Source: Minisyncoccota bacterium (GTDB taxonomy: Bacteria; Patescibacteriota; Minisyncoccia; Phycocordibacterales; UBA9973). From it: a DNA stretch of 64,000 nucleotides. The position numbers were made by a program, and so were the translations under genes. This document shows positions 18,570 through 28,229 of the stretch, piece by piece. Each line of letters starts with the position of its first letter. Position 1 is the stretch's first letter. The notes beneath the pieces were generated by a model, which was not told the origin of the DNA, ran no database searches, and worked only from the letters and a program-made list of their open reading frames with translations. The stretch spans positions 21,107-85,106 of the forward strand of contig JBAYHR010000001.1 of assembly GCA_041666045.1 (NCBI GenBank). The letters run 5' to 3'.

Positions 18570-19109
18570 TTATAGTTTTTGAATTATAAATTTATCCTCC
18601 GGTGTAAATGGAGGGATAGTGTATCTTAGTTGATAACTATCTATTCTAATGGTGTTACTTTTGTCTTTTTTTAAAATAATTCCTTTGGATTTACACTCGT
18701 CACCCTCTTTTGGGGGAATGGGTTCTGAAGCTATTTTTAGTTCTTCAAATGTAATTCCTTGTTTTTTTAATGCCATTGGCAAAAAAATTCCAGTTGCTTT
18801 TGGGGCCAACAGTAATTCTTTTTTGTTTAGCAATAAAATAAATTCACCAAAAGACATTCCATTTTCAACACCAATCTCTTTTCCGATTGTTTCCCATAAA
18901 TTTAGTTTTTCAGGAAGATCATCACACAGTCTTGTTAGATTTGTATAACGTAAAGAAAAATCAATACAGGAAACATTTGAAAGTTCTTGATATTTTTGCC
19001 ATTCAATTTTTTTATTAAAACCAAATGCATAATTGGTAAAATCCTCAAATAGAGGTTCTAAAAAACTATCCATAAATAAAAGTGGTTTAAAACAAATAAT
19101 TTTTTTCAT
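18570..19109 (-). CDS. hypothetical protein (179 aa)
   Basis: ORF with promoter TTGACA-N16-TACTAT upstream and a 9-bp perfect hairpin terminator (aaatcgcga/tcgcgattt) downstream. Confidence 0.4.
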   Translation of the reverse strand: MKKIICFKPLLFMDSFLEPLFEDFTNYAFGFNKKIEWQKYQELSNVSCIDFSLRYTNLTRLCDDLPEKLNLWETIGKEIGVENGMSFGEFILLLNKKELLLAPKATGIFLPMALKKQGITFEELKIASEPIPPKEGDECKSKGIILKKDKSNTIRIDSYQLRYTIPPFTPEDKFIIQKL

Positions 19110-19304
19110 AAGTTTTTATTTTTTAAAGGTTAAAATTAATTTAACGGGGAGTATCCCCAACAAGTTCTGTAATATAGTAGCAGAAAAAATTATTTTGTCA
19201 AATTTTTTATAAAAAAGTTGTTATTTTTAAAAAAGTATGATATGATATGTTTACTTAATAAAGCCTTTCGGCTTTTTTTGTTTAATTAACAATAAATTAA
19301 AATT

Positions 19305-21119
19305 ATGGAGATTAGAAATATAGCTATTATTGCGCACGTGGACCACGGTAAGACTACTCTAACCGATGCTTTAATGAAGCAAAATGGTGGTTTGCAAGAC
19401 GAAGGAATATCAATGGATTCAAACGCTCTAGAAAAAGAGCGTGGTATTACTATATATTCTAAAAATACTTCTATTAATTATAAAGATACTAAGATAAATA
19501 TAGTGGACACTCCAGGACACGCTGATTTCGGTTCTGAAGTAGAACGTGTTTTAAGAGCTATTGATTCTGTGCTTTTACTAGTTGATGCTGTAGAAGGTCC
19601 TATGCCTCAGACTAGATTTGTTCTAAAAAAGTCATTAGAGCTAGGTATTAAGCCTATAGTAGTAATAAATAAAATAGATAAACCAGCAGCAAACCCAAAC
19701 AGAGTACATGAAGAAGTTTTGGAATTATTTTTTGAACTTGGAGCAAACGAAGAACAAGCAAACTTTAAAACAGTTTTTGCAATAGGAAGACAAGGCATAG
19801 CAAAGAAAAATCTTTCTGATGAATCTTCAGATTTATCACCACTACTTGATGTTATTTTAGAAAATGTGAAACCTGCTTCAGGAAGAGAAGATGAAAAAAT
19901 GTCTGCGCAAGTTTTTAATCTTGGTTATGATAATTTTTTGGGTAGAATGGCTGTTGCAAGAATTTATTCCGGAAAGATTAATTCTGGGAGTCAGATTTTT
20001 GTAAAAAATGATGAAGGTACACGAACAGGTAAAATAACAAAACTTTTTAGTTTCGAAGGAATAAATAGAAAAGAAGTTTCTAGCGCTACATCTGGTGATA
20101 TAATTTTACTTGCCGGAATTCCAGATATTTATATTGGAGAAACTTTATGTGAAGATCAAAGTGTAGAGGCAATGCCACATATTGCGATAGATGAACCCAC
20201 TATATCTTTAAATTTTTTAGTTAATGATTCTCCATTTGCAGGCAAAGAAGGAAAATTTGTTACATCAAGACAAATAAAAGAAAGATTAGAAAAAGAATTA
20301 GAAATAAATGTTGGGCTTAAAGTTGATTTCTCTCCAGATCAAGGAGAGAAAAATATGGGTCCAAGTTTTTTTAAAGTTTATGGAAGAGGAGAATTGCATA
20401 TAGCTATTCTTTTAGAAAATATGAGAAGAGAAGGATTTGAGATGCAAGTGTCTCAACCTGAAGTTATTATAAAAGAAGAAAATGGAATTCAAACAGAACC
20501 TTTTGAAGAATTAGTGATAGATGTTCCTGTAGAATCTTCTGGAGCAGTTATAGAAAAAATTGGTAAGCGTAGAGGTATTATGAAAGACATGGTTGAAAAA
20601 GAAGGTATAGTTAGAATTATTTTTGATATACCAACTCGTGGACTTTTGGGATATAGAAGTGAATTTATAATAGATACGAAAGGGGAAGGTATAATGTCTT
20701 CACGTGTAACTGGTTTTAAAGAACATGCGGGAGAAATAAAGAAAAAAGAGTATGGATCTATGACCTCTATGGTTTCTGGTAAAGCAGTTGCTTTTTCGCT
20801 TGCAAATTTACAAGAACGTGGTATACTCTATATAGAGCATGGAACAGAAGTATATGAAGGAATGGTTATAGGTAATGTTTTGAAAGGAGAAGAGATGTCG
20901 GTAAATCCCACAAAAGGCAAGCAACTTACCAATATGCGAGCATCGGGTACTGATGAAGCTTTATTTTTAAAGCCTGCTTTCATTTTAAGCATAGAACGTG
21001 GGCTTGAAGTTATGAATGAAGACGAGTATTTAGAGATTACTCCAAAGAGCGTTCGGCTTAGAAAAAAGTATTTAACAGAGCTTGATAGGACAAAAGCAAA
21101 CAGAGGAGGTAAAAATTAA
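19305..21119 (+). CDS. typA: translational GTPase TypA/BipA
   Basis: [30 protein letters not shown]. 604 aa with EF-G-like domains. Confidence 0.9.
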   Translation: MEIRNIAIIAHVDHGKTTLTDALMKQNGGLQDEGISMDSNALEKERGITIYSKNTSINYKDTKINIVDTPGHADFGSEVERVLRAIDSVLLLVDAVEGPMPQTRFVLKKSLELGIKPIVVINKIDKPAANPNRVHEEVLELFFELGANEEQANFKTVFAIGRQGIAKKNLSDESSDLSPLLDVILENVKPASGREDEKMSAQVFNLGYDNFLGRMAVARIYSGKINSGSQIFVKNDEGTRTGKITKLFSFEGINRKEVSSATSGDIILLAGIPDIYIGETLCEDQSVEAMPHIAIDEPTISLNFLVNDSPFAGKEGKFVTSRQIKERLEKELEINVGLKVDFSPDQGEKNMGPSFFKVYGRGELHIAILLENMRREGFEMQVSQPEVIIKEENGIQTEPFEELVIDVPVESSGAVIEKIGKRRGIMKDMVEKEGIVRIIFDIPTRGLLGYRSEFIIDTKGEGIMSSRVTGFKEHAGEIKKKEYGSMTSMVSGKAVAFSLANLQERGILYIEHGTEVYEGMVIGNVLKGEEMSVNPTKGKQLTNMRASGTDEALFLKPAFILSIERGLEVMNEDEYLEITPKSVRLRKKYLTELDRTKANRGGKN

Positions 21120-21208
21120 CGTATATTCATTTGACATCAAGTTAAGTACATGTATAATTAAGAAAGCAATATAAATTTATCATTAATAGAATTTTTATAA
21201 ATTAGTTT

Positions 21209-22237
21209 ATGTCAACAATTTCATTTAAACCAAAACAAGTTACAAAGAAAATAACATCACATCTTCATGATCGTGCGTCTGATGTTATTATGAATCGTTT
21301 TGGCTTGACTGCTGATTCTAAGAAAAAAACTCTTGAAGAGATTGGAAAAAAATATTCTATTACAAGAGAGCGTGTAAGACAAATAGAAGATGCAGCCTTA
21401 AATTTAATAAAAAAGTCTGAAGCTTTTAAATCTGAAAAGGCTACTTTTGATGAGATTGAAAAATTAATACATTCCTTAGGTTCAATTGTTGCAGAGCATG
21501 AACTTCTTGCTCATGTATCAAAAGATAAAGCAACTCAAAATCACATTCATTTTTATTTAGTATTAGGAGATTCTTTTAAAAAGCATAAAGAAGATGAAAA
21601 TTTTCATACTCGTTGGAGTGTTGATGATGAAATGGCATCCAAGGTTCATGATTCTCTTAAGAAACTTTATTCTGGATTAAAAGATGAAGATCTTGTTCCT
21701 GAAAGTGAAATGATTAAAAAGTTTTTTGATCAAATGAAAGATGTTTCTGATGAATATAGAAATGAGGAAATTGCTCGCAGATGGCTTGCTATGTCAAAAT
21801 CTGTTTCTAAAAATCCATTAGGAGAATGGGGAAAATCTACATCACCAAATGTGCATACGCGTGGAGTTAAAGATTATGCATTTTTAGTTATGAGACGTCA
21901 TGGTTCCCCTATGCATTTTAGAGAAGTAGCAGATGCTATTACTAAAACTTTTGGAAGAAAAACTCATTATGCAACTTGTCACAATGAACTTATAAAAGAT
22001 TCAAGATTTGTTCTTGTTGGACGCGGATTATATGCGCTTGCTGAATGGGGATATAAGACTGGTATTGCTCGTGAAGTTATTAGTGATATTTTAAAAAAAG
22101 AAGGTCCTCTTTCAAAAGAAAATGTTGTTGAGAAAGTAATGAAAGAAAGGTATTTTAAGAAAAATACTATTTTAGTTAATATTCAAAATCCAAAGTATTT
22201 TAAAAAGAATAAAAACGGTCTTTATACTTTAGCTTAA
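21209..22237 (+). CDS. sigma-70 region-4 HTH domain protein with unknown C-terminal domain
   Basis: N-terminal KKTLEEIGKKYSITRERVRQIEDAALNLIKK is a region-4-like HTH. Promoter TTGACA-N16-TATAAT upstream. Confidence 0.5.
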   Translation: MSTISFKPKQVTKKITSHLHDRASDVIMNRFGLTADSKKKTLEEIGKKYSITRERVRQIEDAALNLIKKSEAFKSEKATFDEIEKLIHSLGSIVAEHELLAHVSKDKATQNHIHFYLVLGDSFKKHKEDENFHTRWSVDDEMASKVHDSLKKLYSGLKDEDLVPESEMIKKFFDQMKDVSDEYRNEEIARRWLAMSKSVSKNPLGEWGKSTSPNVHTRGVKDYAFLVMRRHGSPMHFREVADAITKTFGRKTHYATCHNELIKDSRFVLVGRGLYALAEWGYKTGIAREVISDILKKEGPLSKENVVEKVMKERYFKKNTILVNIQNPKYFKKNKNGLYTLA

Positions 22238-22252
22238 ATTTTTTATTTAAAT

Positions 22253-22387
22253 ATGAAAAGAAATAGAGGTGTTGTTCATATTTTTCTAGTTATTATAGGG
22301 ATTGTAATAGTATTAGTTATTTTAGGTTTTTTCAATTCTGTTGAAAGAAATTGGAATACAATAATTCCATCTAATTTAAAAAAGTGA
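22253..22387 (+). CDS. possible small single-TM protein (44 aa)
   Basis: MKRNRGVVHIFLVIIGIVIVLVILGFF... Not in the ORF track because it is under 60 aa. Confidence 0.25.
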   Translation: MKRNRGVVHIFLVIIGIVIVLVILGFFNSVERNWNTIIPSNLKK

Positions 22388-22439
22388 TATATCCACAAAT
22401 TACTTTGTTTTGTTGCCATTTTGTATTAAAATATAAGCT

Positions 22440-23768
22440 ATGGTTGATTCAATAGCTTATTTTATTTACAATGCTGTCTCGTTTTTTATATCTGGATTGT
22501 TTTTTCTTTTTTCTACGCCTTGGCTTTTATGGCTTTGGTCTTTAATAGGCACGGTGTTGCTTGGTTATATTGCATGGAAACTTTGGATGCATTATATACG
22601 GCAGAATTTTATTTCTGGCATTGATTGGGTTTTGCTTGAAATTATTCCACCTAGAGATGTTTTGCGTTCACCAAAAGCAATGGAACTTTTTATTACCAAT
22701 GGTCTTTATCATTTTAGTAATAAAGGTGGAAGAGAAACATATTGGCAGGGAGCAGTTTGGTTTTGGTTTTCTTTAGAAATAGTTTCTATTGAAGGACAAG
22801 TGCATTTTTATCTTCGTACGCCATCTCGTTTAAAAGAATATATTGAAACTCAAATGTATGCGCAATATCCTCAAGCTCAAGTGAAAGTAGTTGATGATTA
22901 CACTTTGGCTGTTGATGAGATTACTCCAAAGAGTGCTTGGAATCTTTATGGATGTGAATTTGGATTAGAAAAACCTGAAGCATATCCTGTTAAAACTTAT
23001 ATTGATTATGGACTAGATAAGGATCCAAAAGAAGAATTTAAAGTTGATCCAATCTCTCCAGTAGTAGAGCTTTTTGGTTCACTTCAAAAAGGGGAACAAA
23101 TGTGGTTGCAAATAGTTATTACTCCATCTAAAAAAGAATATAAAACCAAAGGCACTTATTTTGGGCATCATAATTGGATAGAAGAAGCGCAATTAGAAAT
23201 AAAAAAATTATTAAAACCTTTTACTGCTGAAAAAGATGAAGGAGCTAGAATAGAAATTCGTGTTCCAGATTTTTATAAAAAACCAGTGGAAGGAATAACT
23301 GCAAAGATGTCAAAACTTGGTTTTGATACCGGAATTAGAGTTTGTTATGTTGCAAAAAAAGAAGCATTTAAAGTAAACAGCAGAAGAAATTTACGTCTTA
23401 TTTTTCGCCAATATCAAAATTCTTATTCAAATGGTTTTAAACGCATTAATGGCACACAAGCAGACGCATATAGTGGGTATTTTATCGCTTCTCCTAAAAC
23501 AATTATGATGCTTGCGAATAGAATGCTTCATGAGTATAGAAATCGTACTTTTTTTCATCCACCGTTACGACACAAACTTTTTAATAAACATAATATTTTT
23601 TGGCCTCTTTCTATGTGGTTTAAACCCTATTTTCATTCTGAAACTTTTGTTTTAAATACAGAAGAATTAGCAACAATTTGGCATTTCCCTGGTCAGATAT
23701 TGAAAGTTCCTACTTTGGAACGCATAGAGTCAAAAGAAGCCGCTCCACCTACAAATTTGCCTATTTAA
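22440..23768 (+). CDS. membrane protein of unknown function (442 aa)
   Basis: Two N-terminal TM helices, then a large soluble domain. No family recognised. Confidence 0.5.
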   Translation: MVDSIAYFIYNAVSFFISGLFFLFSTPWLLWLWSLIGTVLLGYIAWKLWMHYIRQNFISGIDWVLLEIIPPRDVLRSPKAMELFITNGLYHFSNKGGRETYWQGAVWFWFSLEIVSIEGQVHFYLRTPSRLKEYIETQMYAQYPQAQVKVVDDYTLAVDEITPKSAWNLYGCEFGLEKPEAYPVKTYIDYGLDKDPKEEFKVDPISPVVELFGSLQKGEQMWLQIVITPSKKEYKTKGTYFGHHNWIEEAQLEIKKLLKPFTAEKDEGARIEIRVPDFYKKPVEGITAKMSKLGFDTGIRVCYVAKKEAFKVNSRRNLRLIFRQYQNSYSNGFKRINGTQADAYSGYFIASPKTIMMLANRMLHEYRNRTFFHPPLRHKLFNKHNIFWPLSMWFKPYFHSETFVLNTEELATIWHFPGQILKVPTLERIESKEAAPPTNLPI

Positions 23769-23769
23769 C

Positions 23770-24714
23770 TTGCTTATGGAAAACTTTTCTTCTTCAAATG
23801 AGGTAATTAGTCTTATTGATAATTTGCCTAAAAATAGTTCTTTTAAAAAAATAATTATTTTTTCTGCTGTTAGTTTGATTGTTTTTATTTCTCTTTTTTA
23901 TTTTCTATTTTTAAGCGCGCCATTAAGTTTTCCTAAAGGGAAAATAATAAATATAGAGGAGGGTACAAGTCTCAGGCACATATCTGGTGATTTTAAAACA
24001 AATAAGATAATTCGTTCAAGAATTGCTTTTGAATTTTTTGTGATAATTTACGGTGGAGAAAAACATTTAGTGTTGGGAGATTATTTATTTGAAGGTAAAT
24101 TACCAGTTTTTGAAGTTGCAAGAATTGTTTCAAGAGGTGAACATAATTTAGCTCCAGTTAAAGTGACTATTCCAGAAGGTTTTAATGTTGTTGATATTGC
24201 GGAATCTTTTTCTGTAAGATTGTCATCTTTTAACAAAGATAAATTTCTTTTAGAAGCGAAACCAAAAGAAGGATATCTTTTCCCCGATACTTATTTTTTC
24301 TTTACCGATTCAAACGAGGAGGATGTTTTAAAATATATGAGTGATAATTTTAATAAAAAAACAGCTGATATTTTTTCTGTCTCTTTAAGTAGATCTAAAA
24401 AAGATATTATAATTATGGCATCTATAATAGAGAAAGAAGCAAAAGGAGATTCTGACAGAGAAATTATTTCAGGAATTTTATGGAATAGAATTTCAAAAGG
24501 AATGCCACTTCAAGTGGATGTGGCTCCTGATACTTATAAAACAAAAGGTTTGCCAGACAGTCCAATTTGTAACCCAGGTCTCGAAGCAATAAAAGCGGCT
24601 ATTTATCCAAAGAGTTCAAATTATTTTTATTATTTACATGATAAAAATGGCATAATACATTATGCTAAGACTTTTGAAGAACATAAACAAAATAAATTTA
24701 AATACTTAAAATAG
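23770..24714 (+). CDS. mltG: endolytic murein transglycosylase MltG (YceG-like)
   Basis: N-terminal TM. C-terminal LQVDVAPDTYKTKGLPDSPICNPGLEAIKAA matches the YceG catalytic region. Confidence 0.65.
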   Translation: MLMENFSSSNEVISLIDNLPKNSSFKKIIIFSAVSLIVFISLFYFLFLSAPLSFPKGKIINIEEGTSLRHISGDFKTNKIIRSRIAFEFFVIIYGGEKHLVLGDYLFEGKLPVFEVARIVSRGEHNLAPVKVTIPEGFNVVDIAESFSVRLSSFNKDKFLLEAKPKEGYLFPDTYFFFTDSNEEDVLKYMSDNFNKKTADIFSVSLSRSKKDIIIMASIIEKEAKGDSDREIISGILWNRISKGMPLQVDVAPDTYKTKGLPDSPICNPGLEAIKAAIYPKSSNYFYYLHDKNGIIHYAKTFEEHKQNKFKYLK

Positions 24715-24716
24715 GA

Positions 24717-24826
24717 CTTGTCCCGTACTAAATTTTTGATTAAGTACTATAATTATAAAATATGATTAGAAAGATAAAAATAAATGAAAATTATTAATAA
24801 AAATTTAAAATTTTAGTACTGGGATG
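24717..24826 (+). promoter_or_regulatory. 5' leader hairpin element (CTTGTCCCGTACTAAATTT ... TTTTAGTACTGGG-ATG)
   Basis: Inverted repeat with one G-U pair. The 3' arm abuts ATG 24824. Confidence 0.5.
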
Positions 24827-25369
24827 AGAAAACATAATTTAGCTTTTATAGATATAGAAACAACAGGGCTTAACATGATAGAACATGAAATTATTGAAAT
24901 TGGTGGAGTTATTGCAGATCAGAAATTAAACATATTAGAAGAATTTGAATTAAAAATAAAACCTGAGCATATTGAAAATGCTGACAAGACCGCTCTTAAG
25001 ATAAATCATTACAATAAAAAAGATTGGGAAATCGGATATACATTAAAAGATGCTTTTGAAATTTTTTCTCTAAAAGTTAAAGATTGCATTATGGTTGGGC
25101 AAAATATTTGTTTTGATGCGGGATTTTTGGAATATAATTTAGAAAAATTAAAATTGCCTAGCACTATGCATTATCATAAATTAGATACGATATCTATTGC
25201 TTGGGCGAAACTTCACAGAGAGCCAGATTTGGACCATTTTTCTTTACGAGAAATGTGTAAGCGTTTTGGTATAGAAAATAAAAATCCACATAGTGCGCTA
25301 TCAGACGCCCGCGCAACTTTTGAGCTTTACAAAAAGCTTATGTCTCTATATAATCAAAATATCTTTTAA
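24824..25369 (+). CDS. DEDD-family 3'-5' exonuclease (DnaQ-like)
   Basis: Exo I motif LAFIDIETTGL, Exo II CIMVGQNICFDAGFL, Exo III HSALSDARATFELY. Confidence 0.7.
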   Translation: MRKHNLAFIDIETTGLNMIEHEIIEIGGVIADQKLNILEEFELKIKPEHIENADKTALKINHYNKKDWEIGYTLKDAFEIFSLKVKDCIMVGQNICFDAGFLEYNLEKLKLPSTMHYHKLDTISIAWAKLHREPDLDHFSLREMCKRFGIENKNPHSALSDARATFELYKKLMSLYNQNIF

Positions 25370-25402
25370 AAACCGCACATAATTTTCTGCTGAAAATTTG
25401 CT

Positions 25403-26698
25403 ATGCTAGGCCCGTCGGCCTGCGCAATGCTTTTTAAAAGATATTTTGATTCTATGATTAAAAGTATAAAGAAAAAATTAGCTTGCGGTGAGCAAAGTCG
25501 AACCGTTTTTGTTGGAATGTCAGGAGGTGTGGATTCGAGTGTGTCTGCAGCACTTCTTAAAAAACAAGGATATGATGTCGTTGGTGTTTTTATTCGTACT
25601 TGGCATCCAGATTTTTTAAAATGTAACGAAGAAGAAGAGCGTCGCGACGCTATGCGCGTCGCGACGCATTTAAACATTCCTTTTCTTACTTTTGACCTTG
25701 AAGATGTCTATAAAAAAGAAGTGGCAGATTATATGATTTCTGAATACAAAGCTGGCAGAACGCCAAATCCTGATGTTATGTGTAATAAAGAAGTGAAGTT
25801 TGGTGCATTTCTTAAAAAAGCTATTTCAATGGGTGCTGATTTTGTGGCTACTGGGCATTATGCTCAAATTACAAATCACATAGCACATAACATAAAACAT
25901 AAAAAACAAAAAATAAAATATAAAAATGTTACGTGTTATGAGTTATGCGTCTCCTGTGATAAATCAAAAGATCAAGCTTATTTTCTTTGGACTCTAAAAC
26001 AAGAACAACTTTCTAAAATTCTTTTTCCAGTGGGACATTTAAATAAAACAGAAGTTCGTAAATTAGCAAAGAAATTTAAATTACCAGTTGCAGAAAAGAA
26101 AGATAGTCAGGGGATTTGTTTTTTAGGAGCAGTAGATTTAAAAGATTTTTTGAAACATTATATAAAAGAAAAAAGAGGCGAGGTAATCCTCGTTCCGAGC
26201 GAAGTCGAGGAAAAGAAAAAAAATAATGTGATAGGTTGGCATACAGGAGTAGTTTTTCATACACTCGGTGAACGTCATGGTTTTACTATTACTAAAAAAA
26301 GTCCTAATGACGGGGCATATTATGTTGTTGGAAAAGATATTAAGAAAAATATTTTATATGTTTCGCAGAACAGAAATTTTACCCCCTCCTTAGTTAAGGA
26401 GGGGGTTGGGGGTGGTAATTCAAAAAATCACCACCTCGCCCTAAAGGGCACTCCTCCTCAAAAAGGAGGAGAAGAAATTAAATTAAAAAACATAAATTGG
26501 ATTTCTGGAGTTCCAAAAGAAAGTAAAAGTTATAAAGTACAGATTCGTTATCATGGAGAATTTTTGCCTTGTAAAATTAAAATCACTGGGAAAAGTACAG
26601 CTGAAGTTATTTTTCAAAAACCAGTGTTAGTAGCTTCTGGTCAATCTTGTGTTTTCTATGATAAAGATATTTGTTTAGGTGGGGGAGTTGTTATATAA
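25403..26698 (+). CDS. mnmA: tRNA-specific 2-thiouridylase MnmA carrying in-frame insertions
   Basis: PP-loop VFVGMSGGVDSSVSAALL, KDQAYFLW, C-terminal barrel. Likely true start at 25454 (MIKSIKKK). Extra segments include the 26382-26471 repeat element. Confidence 0.8.
   Translation: MLGPSACAMLFKRYFDSMIKSIKKKLACGEQSRTVFVGMSGGVDSSVSAALLKKQGYDVVGVFIRTWHPDFLKCNEEEERRDAMRVATHLNIPFLTFDLEDVYKKEVADYMISEYKAGRTPNPDVMCNKEVKFGAFLKKAISMGADFVATGHYAQITNHIAHNIKHKKQKIKYKNVTCYELCVSCDKSKDQAYFLWTLKQEQLSKILFPVGHLNKTEVRKLAKKFKLPVAEKKDSQGICFLGAVDLKDFLKHYIKEKRGEVILVPSEVEEKKKNNVIGWHTGVVFHTLGERHGFTITKKSPNDGAYYVVGKDIKKNILYVSQNRNFTPSLVKEGVGGGNSKNHHLALKGTPPQKGGEEIKLKNINWISGVPKESKSYKVQIRYHGEFLPCKIKITGKSTAEVIFQKPVLVASGQSCVFYDKDICLGGGVVI
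26382..26471 (+). repeat. GC-rich palindromic element inserted in frame in mnmA (copy A)
   Basis: cccctccttagttaaggaggg ... ctcctcaaaaaggaggag. About 95% identical to the reverse complement of 43406-43493. Encodes KEGVGGGNSKNHHLALKGTPPQKGG. Confidence 0.7.
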
Positions 26699-26803
26699 AT
26701 TTTTATAATATTACTTTAGATACTTTACTTTTAAGTTATTTGTGGTATTCTTTTGATAGATAACGATATTGTTATTTATAACTAAATTAAAGGAGGACAA
26801 ACC

Positions 26804-27574
26804 ATGAACAATGGAACAGAATCTGAAAAAACGAGCTTGCAAGATAGAATGCAACAACTCGGAATGCTTGCTGGATTTATCGTAGATTTTCTAGCAACTA
26901 TTTTATCTTATGAACAGGTGAAATACTGGCTTGAACACAAAACCGAGCTAAAGAAAAAATTGCGTGAAGTTTTTTCAATTGTAGATGAGTATGCTAGTAT
27001 CCGCGAAGAATGGCAGAAATTTTACAAAAATCATTTCGGCTGGGATGTAGATTTTAGCCAAGTGATTATTCCTGCTATTCCGACAAATGGGAAATGGAGA
27101 TTGCTTTTTATTTCAAAAGGAATGACGCTGAATTTTGCTTTTAAGATTTGTGAAAAACTTTTTGTAAGTTCGAAGTATTATGATGATTTAGATAAAGCAA
27201 TTTCTAAAAACATTCGTAACACAAGCAGTCACTATGCAGTATGGGTTCGCGATGAAGTTGAACCAGATGCTGAAACTTTAGGAAAATCTACTCGTCAAGC
27301 TGACCCTGATATGAAAATTGGTATTACATTACTTGAAAGAATTATTTTTGAAATTAAGTATTTTACTGAAACAGGGAATCATCTTGATGTTAAAGGAGTT
27401 ACTTTTTGTTCCGGTTCTCGCGATTCCGATGGTGATGTGCCGAGCACGTACTTGGACGACGATGGCGAGTTCGAGGTGCACTGTCACTTTTTGGACGATT
27501 CCTACTCGGACTATGGTATCCGTTCAGTAGTTGAATTAGATGTCATTGTTGGCAGACGTTTACCACCAGAATAA
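26804..27574 (+). CDS. hypothetical protein with GC-rich acidic C-terminal tail
   Basis: Strong SD aaaggagga. Last ~150 nt are about 50% GC, far above the local background. Confidence 0.5.
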   Translation: MNNGTESEKTSLQDRMQQLGMLAGFIVDFLATILSYEQVKYWLEHKTELKKKLREVFSIVDEYASIREEWQKFYKNHFGWDVDFSQVIIPAIPTNGKWRLLFISKGMTLNFAFKICEKLFVSSKYYDDLDKAISKNIRNTSSHYAVWVRDEVEPDAETLGKSTRQADPDMKIGITLLERIIFEIKYFTETGNHLDVKGVTFCSGSRDSDGDVPSTYLDDDGEFEVHCHFLDDSYSDYGIRSVVELDVIVGRRLPPE

Positions 27575-27675
27575 TTTTAAAAAAAAGTATAGAAATAGAG
27601 GACCTATGTTTACGAAAGTAAATATGGGTCTTTTTTTATTTGTATAAATCATTAGTACAAGTTATAATATAAACA

Positions 27676-27747
27676 CTTGTCCCGTTAGAAATTCGACTGA
27701 CGTGGAATAAGTATAAGAATTATTAATTTAAAATTTCTAATGGGATG
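27676..27747 (+). promoter_or_regulatory. 5' leader hairpin element (ACTTGTCCCGTTAGAAATT ... AAATTTCTAATGGG-ATG)
   Basis: 13-bp stem, about 37-nt loop. TATAAT box 6 nt upstream of the 5' arm. The 3' arm abuts ATG 27745. Near-identical to 31089-31160. Confidence 0.55.
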
Positions 27748-28209
27748 ACACAATTTTTTACACAAAATAGTGAAGTGATTATAAGATTAGCAGTAGCAAT
27801 TGGTTTAGGTATGTTGATTGGCGCTGAGCGTCTTTTAGTGCATAAAGAAGCTGGTATGAAAACGCACGCTCTTGTTTCTATGGGTTCAGCTCTTTTCATT
27901 ATTATTTCCGAATACTTAGCAATAAAATATTCAGGGTTGAGCGGTTTTAATCCTGCGATGATAGCGTCAAATATAATAGTTGGTATTGGATTTTTGGGAG
28001 CCGGTTCTATAATATTTCAAGGTTCTCGTTTAAGCGGGCTTACGACCGCTAGCGGTCTTTGGGTGACAGCTGGTATTGGTATGGCAGCTGGTTTTGGACT
28101 TCTTGGTCTCGCTGTTATTTCCACTGTTTTAGTGCTTCTTATTTTTATAATTATGAATATTTTTGAAAAGCCAATTAAAAGAATTTCTGGAGACGACTTA
28201 CATCAGTAA
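27745..28209 (+). CDS. MgtC/SapB family membrane protein
   Basis: IIRLAVAIGLGMLIGAERLLVHKEAGMKTHALVSMGSALF matches the MgtC N-terminal domain. Confidence 0.7.
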   Translation: MTQFFTQNSEVIIRLAVAIGLGMLIGAERLLVHKEAGMKTHALVSMGSALFIIISEYLAIKYSGLSGFNPAMIASNIIVGIGFLGAGSIIFQGSRLSGLTTASGLWVTAGIGMAAGFGLLGLAVISTVLVLLIFIIMNIFEKPIKRISGDDLHQ

Positions 28210-28229
28210 AATATTTAATTTCATATTGT

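Noticed and set aside
22561-22776. ORF 22561-22776 in an alternative frame of the 442-aa membrane protein
   Set aside because: It is fully nested in a longer ORF that has a sensible TM topology.
25366-25677. Minus-strand ORF overlapping the mnmA 5' region
   Set aside because: It is antisense to the conserved PP-loop region of MnmA.
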